Assembly: GCA_965267575.1 (NCBI GenBank)
Contig: OZ254086.1
Span: 3,712,001 to 3,776,000 of the forward strand
From: Calditrichales bacterium
Lineage (GTDB): Bacteria; Calditrichota; Calditrichia; Calditrichales; J004
Direction of reading: 5' to 3'
DNA: 64,000 nt
The notes beneath the pieces are model-generated. The model was given only the letters and a program-made list of their open reading frames with translations, made no database searches and was not told the origin of the DNA. Of the stretch, positions 10,501 through 17,507 are shown piece by piece. Position numbers and translations under genes: made by a program. The stretch's first letter is position 1. Each line of letters starts with the position of its first letter.

Positions 10501-11246
10501 CATTTAAGATGGCTGGAGCGGAGGTTTCGACAGTGGTGTTCAACAATCTGACTGAACGCTCCCTGGAGGATTCGATAGAGGCAATGGCGTCGACCATTGA
10601 AAAATCACAAATTATTATGATACCGGGGGGCTTCAGCGCGGGTGACGAGCCGGAGGGGTCGGGCAAGTTCATAGCCTCCGTATTCCGGAACAGCCGTATT
10701 GCTCAAGCAACAATGGACCTTATTCAAAAACGAGATGGCCTTATCCTGGGCGTATGCAATGGCTTCCAGGCGCTGATAAAGCTGGGTTTACTGCCTTATG
10801 GAGAAATCCGATCGATTGATTCCGAAAGTCCAACACTCACCTTTAATAAACTCAATCGCCACTATTCTCAAATGGTCGATACAAAGGTTCTCACCAACGC
10901 CGAATCACCCTGGTTTATTGAAGTAGACAAAGACATCACTTACACCATTCCTGTATCCAACGGAGAAGGCCGCTTCTCGGCTCCCGATGCCGTTCTTGAC
11001 TCTCTGTTCAAAAATAATCAGGTCGCAACGCAATATGTGGATGAGTTGGGCAACCCTTCAATGGATTCACGCTTTAACCCCTCCGGATCGATGGATGCGG
11101 TTGAAGGCATACTAAGCCCAGATGGACGTGTTTTCGGCAAAATGGCACATACTGAAAGAGTCGGGCTGCAGCACGTGGCCAAAAATATTCCGGGTATTGT
11201 GAGACAGGAAATATTTAAATCCGCGGTCACATATTTCGGAAAATAA
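7506..11246 (+). CDS. purL: Phosphoribosylformylglycinamidine synthase, single-chain type
   Basis: WSDHCRH, KNETHNHPTEIEPFGGA, DFGAGG, SESQERM, GGKDSMSG, GVCNGFQ glutaminase domain. Confidence 0.97.
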   Translation: MSTVFRLFVEKRPGFDVEAQNYADQIRAFLKIEALERLRIFYRYDVQGIEADTYLSAKNTVFSEPPQDTVYDEEMPDLRDYTVIATEYLPGQYDQRSDSAAQCIRLINHHAEPLVRSAKIFALKGRLSGPDINTIKKFIINPVDSREAQLEKPAGLEHKAPVPKEVGQVNGFLEMSGAEIKTLGKNLDLAMGLDDLLFIQHYFKNTEKREPTETEIKMLDTYWSDHCRHTTFLTEIESVKIEDGHYKKALERSLKAYRDARSFVYESSPRADCLMDMATIAMKEMRKRGGLPELDLSEEINACSIKVNVERDGHNEDWLVMFKNETHNHPTEIEPFGGAATCLGGAIRDPLSGRVYVYQAMRVTGSGDPRRPLQETIPGKLPQRVITTTAAKGYSSYGNQIGLATGMVSEVYDEGYVAKRMEIGAVIGAAPASHVLRSRPQKGDVVLLIGGRTGRDGIGGATGSSKAHTDKALENEAEVQKGNPPIERKLQRLFRDSEFTRKIKRCNDFGAGGVSVAIGELAPSIDIHLDKVPLKYEGLNGTEIALSESQERMAVVIDKKDIGFVLEKAYAENLEASEVAQITDSGRLRMFWRNKAIVDIMRAFLDTNGTRQKMNVVLANPTRPYPYKNRREINAESWLENLKDLNVAGQKGLIEQFDSSIGASAVLHPFGGKYRQTPAECMVSLLPAEGVSTATAMSWGFDVNLAHWSPYHMAAFAVIESVAKLAACGADYKKAYLTLQEYFEKLGDDTIKWGKPYAALLGAYEAQNELNIAAIGGKDSMSGTFQNLNVPPTLVSFAVAPVESKTVISAEFKQAGNHVFMVDVPVLEDQTPDYKLIKENFDWLHKKIISGDIISAHTLGKGGAAAAISKMCFGNRIGFESSHDLDWFSPRYGGFVVECTDNLRDDVLPKNIFKIGRTTDKQDIRINKTTLKLEDCLDAWLSPLEKVFPWKHNDSLKNKGNSQSLPSSKPWRAAKPVISPRVFVPVFPGTNCEYDSARAFKMAGAEVSTVVFNNLTERSLEDSIEAMASTIEKSQIIMIPGGFSAGDEPEGSGKFIASVFRNSRIAQATMDLIQKRDGLILGVCNGFQALIKLGLLPYGEIRSIDSESPTLTFNKLNRHYSQMVDTKVLTNAESPWFIEVDKDITYTIPVSNGEGRFSAPDAVLDSLFKNNQVATQYVDELGNPSMDSRFNPSGSMDAVEGILSPDGRVFGKMAHTERVGLQHVAKNIPGIVRQEIFKSAVTYFGK

Positions 11247-11248
11247 AA

Positions 11249-11278
11249 AAAGCCCTGCCGCAAAAACGACAGGGCTTT
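11249..11278. terminator. Bidirectional terminator between convergent genes
   Basis: AAAGCCCTG...CAGGGCTTT inverted repeat flanked by A/T runs. Confidence 0.8.
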
Positions 11279-11296
11279 ATTACCTATTGATGTTTA

Positions 11297-12139
11297 TTAG
11301 GGTTTCAATGCCTGAGCGATTTCAAGTAAGGTTACAACGTCGTAGCTCAGTTCCTGAACTACCTGTCCGTTGTTTTTCAGCACACCGGTAACCATATCCG
11401 AACCATCCGCGCTCAACTCGGCGCTCCATGGCAGCATTTCGAATGTAAGGTCGCCGTAGAGAATAGCGGTATTTTCACCATTCTCGTCTTTGCTTACAAC
11501 AAGCTCTTCGATATTGACATTTACGATTGTTTCAAAACGTACGAGATCATTATCAAATGAGCCATCCGGAGATGTATAATAACCATCCCATATCTTATGA
11601 TACTGTCCTGAGCCCGTAAAATACATTGTTTGATTTACGATAGCGGCGGAACCTTCAACACCATGATCCCAGGAAGTTCCTGTGGGCTCGTCATTCACAT
11701 AGCCAAAATGACCGTTTGTAGTATAATAGAAATTCAGCCCTACTGCATCCCGGGCTTTCTTAACAATCTGTCCCTGTGCATTAAAAAACTGCTGGCCGCG
11801 GGTATAGTGACCATAAAATGCATCCGGATAGGCGGGATTGCTTAAATCATCTTCCCATGTATGCCAACCGGTATTAGGATTCCAGCGATAAACATCATCT
11901 CCGGCTACTTTCCCTAAGCCTTCATTGTCATCCATTTCCATTATTTTATAATAGCCTTCGTATGTGGCTACAGGGCCCGTAAAGGCCAGTACGGCTACAT
12001 TCTGAGCTTCATTTATTACGATCTCCTGTGTGGGCTCGGCATTGACCGGCTGGTCTGCCTGATTGTTTACCGAGTTTTCGCATGATACTAAAACAAAAAA
12101 AGCGAAAAGTGGCAATATAAACAGCTTCTTCCTTAACAT
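11297..12139 (-). CDS. Hypothetical lipoprotein
   Basis: Start at MLRKK with AGGAG RBS; lipobox-like VLVSC. Confidence 0.75.
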   Translation of the reverse strand: MLRKKLFILPLFAFFVLVSCENSVNNQADQPVNAEPTQEIVINEAQNVAVLAFTGPVATYEGYYKIMEMDDNEGLGKVAGDDVYRWNPNTGWHTWEDDLSNPAYPDAFYGHYTRGQQFFNAQGQIVKKARDAVGLNFYYTTNGHFGYVNDEPTGTSWDHGVEGSAAIVNQTMYFTGSGQYHKIWDGYYTSPDGSFDNDLVRFETIVNVNIEELVVSKDENGENTAILYGDLTFEMLPWSAELSADGSDMVTGVLKNNGQVVQELSYDVVTLLEIAQALKP

Positions 12140-12280
12140 GTTAGGTCTCCTTTTTAGTTTAACCCTAATTAACATCGTTAAAAAAGTAACAAATGACGCT
12201 AAACGCAATGTGATAATTGTCATTAAGGGACAGGAGTGAAATTAAAAATGGGTCGCTTAAGATAAAATTAAAACCGACTG

Positions 12281-13111
12281 CTATGACTTTTCCTGATTTC
12301 GGCCGTTTTTATTCATACCCGGCCCTTTATACCCGGATGGTATGCGTGATTTTGGCAAGATTACTTCATGCGGTGCTATCGTTGCGGATTCTCCGATTTG
12401 CACATCACCCATCACGGTAGATTTCAGGCCTAAAGTGGCACCTTTTTTTATAACTACGGGGGACACCACAAGATAGCCCCTTGCCGCGTAGTGACAAATT
12501 AAGTGGGCAGAGCCGCCGATTGTAACATAATCTTCAAGGGTAATCAGACCGGCATCGGAGATATTTGTTGTATTTATATGAACGCCTTTGCCTATCTTCA
12601 TTCCCATCATTTTATAAAACAGGATATTCAGCGGGGTGGGTGTTACAAATTCAAGGAAGGTATATCGTACCAAATATATCAACGAATTATGTACATACCA
12701 AGGTACACTTTGAATGGAAAAATAGGGTCCGCGAAACGGCTTAATCCGGAATGGGAGAATAAAGTTAAAAAAGGGCGCCAGAAAAAGTATCGAAAAGCCA
12801 TATAAGAAGAATCCTATAACGATTGAAGAAGCGATAAGAAAATAATGTAAAAGGGCGGGCATTAACATTGTCTGGTCATAAACAAACAGCACCAGGTAAG
12901 TTCCAGGAGTGAGGCCAAGCGCCATTATGAATATTGCCAGCAGGTAAACGGGTATGAGAGAAATGATAAATGCTGCAATACGGAATCGCCGTAGGAAGGT
13001 CTCGAAAAGCCCCTGCCAACCCTTTAGGTTTGATTTTTGCGTTTCCGTGTCGATGCGCTTTTTTCGTTGTCTCTTTTCTGCCGGTTGGACAAAACTTCTT
13101 TTTTCGGTCAT
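12281..13111 (-). CDS. Membrane protein with C-terminal hexapeptide-repeat (left-handed beta helix) acyltransferase-like domain
   Basis: Hydrophobic N-terminal segments; GMKIGKGVHI, ITLEDYVTIG, VVIKKGATLG, VQIGESATIA repeats. Confidence 0.75.
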   Translation of the reverse strand: MTEKRSFVQPAEKRQRKKRIDTETQKSNLKGWQGLFETFLRRFRIAAFIISLIPVYLLAIFIMALGLTPGTYLVLFVYDQTMLMPALLHYFLIASSIVIGFFLYGFSILFLAPFFNFILPFRIKPFRGPYFSIQSVPWYVHNSLIYLVRYTFLEFVTPTPLNILFYKMMGMKIGKGVHINTTNISDAGLITLEDYVTIGGSAHLICHYAARGYLVVSPVVIKKGATLGLKSTVMGDVQIGESATIAPHEVILPKSRIPSGYKGPGMNKNGRNQEKS

Positions 13112-13226
13112 AATTAATTCCAGCTAGATTAACTTGTAAAAAATTTTAAATTTAGGCGATGACGTCTTTACATCGTATGTAATTGCTCACATATTTTTAC
13201 ATTGATAAAATACAGAAAGACCCAAA

Positions 13227-14261
13227 ATGGACCTTTTGATCTGCGCTTATTGGAACGAAGCCTATTATTTTATAGAACGCTTTGGTTTGCAAAAACTAAA
13301 ACAATCTCAGCCTGATTTATATAGCAACAATAATACAATCTTGTGTATCTGCGGCGAGGGGCTGATCAATGCTGCCATTAAAATATCGGGTGTATTAGCC
13401 TTAAAAAAAAATGAAATTAAAAGGATCGTTAATTTCGGCATTGCCGGGCGTTTGGGTAAAGTTGAATTCTGCAATATTTACAGCATTAGAACCGTTTACG
13501 GGGCTGAAGGTAAAGAACCGCGGTTTCACAGTTTTACATCTGCGGACGAAACAGCTTCCGTCGATTGTATTAGCGCCGGCAACCGTATTGAAACGAAGGA
13601 TATGGCTAATGCGCTGGGACGCTTTGCTCCCTGCGTGGACATGGAATTATGGTCAATAGCCAAAGCCTGTAAGGAGTATAATCTGCCCTGGATTTCTTTG
13701 AAATATATCAGTGATGACGCTTCCCAAAAAACGGAGCTGTCACAGCTCCAAAAAACTTCCGAAAAAGCAGGCAAGGCCCTCTGCGAGTCTTATGCGGCCC
13801 AATTCGGCCAGAAAAGAAATCCCGTCATTGACACGAAAAATTTGCCTTCTCTGGATGAGAGTAATTTTCATATAACCCGTTCTCAGCGTCATATTCTTAA
13901 TGATCTGACTTTAAAAATGCGTGCTCGTTTTGGAAATAATTTTATCAATGAAATTGACCTGGCCAATATTAAAAAGGAAACAACCAATAAAAAACAGCGC
14001 ACAGCCCGGTTGATTGAAGCGCTCCACCAAAAATTAAATCCTTTTGATGAGAACGTTAAGGCGCGTCTCGAAAAAGTAATCGAGCCGCTGAAGAAAGCAG
14101 GATTTAAAGCTTCCTATGACAAAAACCTGGAAAACCCCAATGTGTCACTCCACGCCGATATCGGCGCGGCGGGAGACAAGGAGAAGCTTATCCGGGGTCT
14201 TAAGAGATACGACCACAAGGAATTACTAAAAATATTTAATGGCGAGATTGATGCTTTTTAA
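13227..14261 (+). CDS. MTA/SAH nucleosidase (PNP_UDP) family protein with C-terminal extension
   Basis: NFGIAG, VDME, KYISDDA motifs in the first ~190 aa. Confidence 0.7.
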   Translation: MDLLICAYWNEAYYFIERFGLQKLKQSQPDLYSNNNTILCICGEGLINAAIKISGVLALKKNEIKRIVNFGIAGRLGKVEFCNIYSIRTVYGAEGKEPRFHSFTSADETASVDCISAGNRIETKDMANALGRFAPCVDMELWSIAKACKEYNLPWISLKYISDDASQKTELSQLQKTSEKAGKALCESYAAQFGQKRNPVIDTKNLPSLDESNFHITRSQRHILNDLTLKMRARFGNNFINEIDLANIKKETTNKKQRTARLIEALHQKLNPFDENVKARLEKVIEPLKKAGFKASYDKNLENPNVSLHADIGAAGDKEKLIRGLKRYDHKELLKIFNGEIDAF

Positions 14262-15252
14262 ACGCATATTCGTTGAAAAACAGATAGCAAACCACGACCG
14301 CGTGCAACGCATTGCCCGCGCCTTTCCGGATGTTGAGCCGGAAACAATCGAAAGCATGGATGACATCTTTGGAAAAGTCCGCAAACCGTACCTGCATAAA
14401 AGGACTGACCTCAACCTGGTTATCGCGGAAAAGAGAGGCAGTCTGGTTAAGCCGGCACCTCCGGCGTACGGTTTTGACGGCGAGCCTCATTATTATTTTT
14501 TTCATGCTTACAACTGTATCTATGAATGTGAATATTGCTATCTCCAGGGATACTTTGATTCGCCCGATATCGTCGTTTTCATTAACCATGAAGATGTTTG
14601 TGCCGCGATTGAAGAAACCGCGTCGGCGCATGATGGTATAGTGTGGTTTCATGCGGGAGAATTTTCAGATTCCCTGGCGCTTGCCCATCTGACGCGGGAA
14701 TGGCCGGTTTACTGGGAAACCTTTAAACGCCTGCCAAATGCTTTTCTGGAGTTGCGCACAAAATCGGTAAATATAAAGCCAATCGAAGAACTGGAAGCGC
14801 TGGATAACATCATTATCTCGTTTTCGCTTTCCCCGCCGTCAATGGTAAAGTTGCTGGACAGAAAGACGGCCGGCTACAGGGGAAGAATCAATGCCATTGC
14901 GCGCTTGGCAGCAAAAGGCTTTAAAATAGGATTACACCTGGACCCCATTATCTATCATGATTCTTTTAGAAATGATTATGACAAGCTGTTAAGCGATGTC
15001 TTTGCTATATTGCCATTTGAACAATTGGAGTACATTTCCGCCGGCGTGGTGCGTTTTACCGGGAAAGTCTATAAAGAAGTTCTGAAGAACTATCCCGAGT
15101 CCGCTCTTAACACTGCGCCATTTGTTAAGAGTTTTGATAACAAAGTACGTTACAATCGTCCTTTGCGTATGCATATGCTGCGAGAAATTGAAAAAATTGC
15201 AATTGCACGGGGCGTAGACGCGTCACGCATTTATCTTTGCATGGAGGAGTAA
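14251..15252 (+). CDS. Spore photoproduct lyase-like radical SAM protein
   Basis: NCIYECEYCYLQG (CxxxCxxC), ELRTKS, DPII, C-terminal YLCME; overlaps upstream stop. Confidence 0.85.
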   Translation: MLFKRIFVEKQIANHDRVQRIARAFPDVEPETIESMDDIFGKVRKPYLHKRTDLNLVIAEKRGSLVKPAPPAYGFDGEPHYYFFHAYNCIYECEYCYLQGYFDSPDIVVFINHEDVCAAIEETASAHDGIVWFHAGEFSDSLALAHLTREWPVYWETFKRLPNAFLELRTKSVNIKPIEELEALDNIIISFSLSPPSMVKLLDRKTAGYRGRINAIARLAAKGFKIGLHLDPIIYHDSFRNDYDKLLSDVFAILPFEQLEYISAGVVRFTGKVYKEVLKNYPESALNTAPFVKSFDNKVRYNRPLRMHMLREIEKIAIARGVDASRIYLCMEE

Positions 15253-15253
15253 A

Positions 15254-15667
15254 ATGATCTGGAAAGAAAAGCCGACGCTAGAACGGCTTAATCAAAGCAG
15301 CAACGAAACGATGCTGGAGCACATTGGCATAAAATTCACCGAGATAGGCGATGACTATCTGAAGGCAACTATGCCTGTCGATCACAGGACGATTCAGCCG
15401 GCCGGTTTGCTTCACGGCGGCGCTTTGGTTACACTAGCGGAAACAATCGGCAGCGTTGGTGCCAACCTTGTTACTGGCAACAAAACCTTATGTGTAGGCC
15501 TGGACATTAACTCCAACCATATACGATCAACAAAGGAAGGTATTGTTACAGGCGTTGGAAGGCCATGGCATCTGGGCAAATCCACGCAGGTTTGGCACAT
15601 TGAAATTTATAGCGGACAAGAACTGATTAACGTAAGCAGGCTAACGCTGGCGGTTATAAGAGAATAA
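15254..15667 (+). CDS. Hotdog-fold thioesterase (PaaI/MenI-like)
   Basis: QPAGLLHGGALVTLAETIGS, VGLDINSNH, HLGKSTQVW. Confidence 0.9.
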   Translation: MIWKEKPTLERLNQSSNETMLEHIGIKFTEIGDDYLKATMPVDHRTIQPAGLLHGGALVTLAETIGSVGANLVTGNKTLCVGLDINSNHIRSTKEGIVTGVGRPWHLGKSTQVWHIEIYSGQELINVSRLTLAVIRE

Positions 15668-15766
15668 AATATTTAAAAAATATTTGCGAATTCTCACTGA
15701 GGATTCAATTGAATTATTATATATATTCATAAACCAATTGACGAAACTTCACTTCAGGGGGAGGCT

Positions 15767-16546
15767 ATGTCAGTACAAAATAATGGGGTTGAGGAGATAA
15801 ACCGTCTCAAACAGAAGCAGATGTTGCAGATTGTTAGCAGCTCTTTCTATAAAGAGCTTATGCGCTACGGGGTGGACAAGAGCGGCATCGTATCTGTGAG
15901 TATGAATCTGCTGGATTTCATCACCGAAAAGAACAAGCCCAACCTTCCGCTTAATGAAATCGACCAGGCCCTCTATTACAATTTTGACATTAAAAGCGTT
16001 GGCAATATGTGGGAGCAAAAGAACTCTCTGTTTATTGATGACGTTACGATTACGGCACTTAACAAAAAGGATATTGAGGCCGTAACGCGCTGGCTGCACG
16101 CGCCGCAGATAGAGAATATGCTTCTTCGCAGTTTCCCCGTTGAAACCTCTAAACTCAAACAGGATATCGTGGACAATCCATCCCGAAACTACTTTTCAAT
16201 TCGTCATCAAAATGAAATGATCGGTATAATCGGCGCGGATATGATTGACGAAAAGGCCAGTAAGCTGGAGATGAAAAAGCTGATCGGTAACAGCGCCTAC
16301 CGGGGTAAAGGAATCGGGAAAAAGGCAACCTTCCTGTTTCTTTACTACGCCTTCGAAATACTGGATATAAACAAGGTGTTTATTCATTCTCAGGATACTA
16401 ATATCAACAATATTAATATTAACAGCCGCTTCGGATTTGGCCTGGAGGGGATACTCTACAAGGAAGTACGCGTAGACGGCGAGTTTCGCGATATTCTCAG
16501 AATGAGCCTGTTACGGAGTCGCTGGAAAGAGCTGTTTAATAAGTAA
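15767..16546 (+). CDS. GNAT acetyltransferase (RimJ/RimL-like) with extra N-terminal helical domain
   Basis: YRGKGIG motif A, FGFGLEGIL, DILRMSLL. Confidence 0.8.
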   Translation: MSVQNNGVEEINRLKQKQMLQIVSSSFYKELMRYGVDKSGIVSVSMNLLDFITEKNKPNLPLNEIDQALYYNFDIKSVGNMWEQKNSLFIDDVTITALNKKDIEAVTRWLHAPQIENMLLRSFPVETSKLKQDIVDNPSRNYFSIRHQNEMIGIIGADMIDEKASKLEMKKLIGNSAYRGKGIGKKATFLFLYYAFEILDINKVFIHSQDTNINNININSRFGFGLEGILYKEVRVDGEFRDILRMSLLRSRWKELFNK

Positions 16547-16551
16547 AAAAC

Positions 16552-16580
16552 AAAACCCGGTTGATCGACCGGGTTTTTTT
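16552..16580. terminator. Bidirectional terminator between the GNAT gene and the tRNA pair
   Basis: AAAACCCGGT...ACCGGGTTTT with A/T runs. Confidence 0.85.
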
Positions 16581-16587
16581 ATTGGAG

Positions 16588-16675
16588 CGGAGAGGGAGGG
16601 ATTCGAACCCTCGATAGGGGAAAACCCTATACTCACTTAGCAGGCGAGCGCCTTCAGCCACTCGGCCACCTCTCC
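16588..16675 (-). tRNA. tRNA-Ser(GCT)
   Basis: Reverse complement GGAGAGGTGGCCGAGTGGCTGAAGGCGCTCGCCTGCTAAGTGAGT...GGTTCGAATCCCTCCCTCTCCG; long variable arm; no encoded CCA. Confidence 0.95.
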
Positions 16676-16696
16676 TGATTATGTCATAGCTTGATG

Positions 16697-16779
16697 CGGA
16701 GGATGAGGGACTCGAACCCCCAAGCCCGCAAGGGCGACGGTTTTCAAGACCGCTGCATTACCAATTCTGCCAATCCTCC
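16697..16779 (-). tRNA. tRNA-Ser(TGA)
   Basis: Reverse complement GGAGGATTGGCAGAATTGGTAATGCAGCGGTCTTGAAAACCG...GGTTCGAGTCCCTCATCCTCCG. Confidence 0.95.
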
Positions 16780-16925
16780 TCACAAATAATCGTTGTGAGC
16801 TTTGAAATTTACTAAACAAAAAGTAATAATCAAGCCAAAATTAACAGCCGTATGGAGCCCGCGCTCTTTCCTTTGATGCGTTCAAAGCCTTAAATTAAAA
16901 GAACGCAAAAAACTCACTTAGAACT

Positions 16926-17507
16926 ATGTTTTACCTGATAGCTTTTTCCATTGCCGCCGTATTGGCCCTTTTACTGGGCTACCTGGCATACCGGTTGGGA
17001 CTTATCACACGGGCCAATAATATTTATCTGCTTATTTCGCATGCTCTGTTGCTGCTCAGTCTTTTCCTGATCTTAAGCAGCGCGTCACGATTCGAACTTT
17101 ATCGGGAACAGACAGCGTGGCCGATAGTATCGGGATTTGTCGAGCAAACCGAAGTGATCGGCGAAAGGGCCGTGCGACCGCAAATATTTTACTCATACCG
17201 CTATGAAGGCAGTTCGTTTGCCGATTCCACCAACCTCGGAACACCCGGTTTCGGTGGCCGTAACAGCCGCCGCTCAACGGCGCGCAACATAACTGCAGAA
17301 TATAACCCGGGCGATACGCTGCAGGTGCATGTCAATCCGCAGGACCCGAAAGAGTCGTATCTGCGCATCATGCCGGGTTGGAATATTTTTATGCAGTACG
17401 GGCTCGGGATTGTTTTTGCCGGTATATCTGCCGGCTTTATCGGGTGTGCGGTCGCCCAAAGAATATCTGTAAAAAAGTTACATAAGGATAGTAATGGAAT
17501 TACGTAA
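16926..17507 (+). CDS. DUF3592-like membrane protein
   Basis: TM helices, WPIVSG, YSYRYEG, YNPGDTLQVHVNPQDPKESYL. Confidence 0.7.
   Translation: MFYLIAFSIAAVLALLLGYLAYRLGLITRANNIYLLISHALLLLSLFLILSSASRFELYREQTAWPIVSGFVEQTEVIGERAVRPQIFYSYRYEGSSFADSTNLGTPGFGGRNSRRSTARNITAEYNPGDTLQVHVNPQDPKESYLRIMPGWNIFMQYGLGIVFAGISAGFIGCAVAQRISVKKLHKDSNGIT

Noticed and set aside
13227..15667. Futalosine menaquinone pathway (mqnB/mqnC/mqnE)
   Set aside because: The radical SAM has SPL-family motifs rather than MqnC/E motifs, and no mqnA or mqnD is nearby
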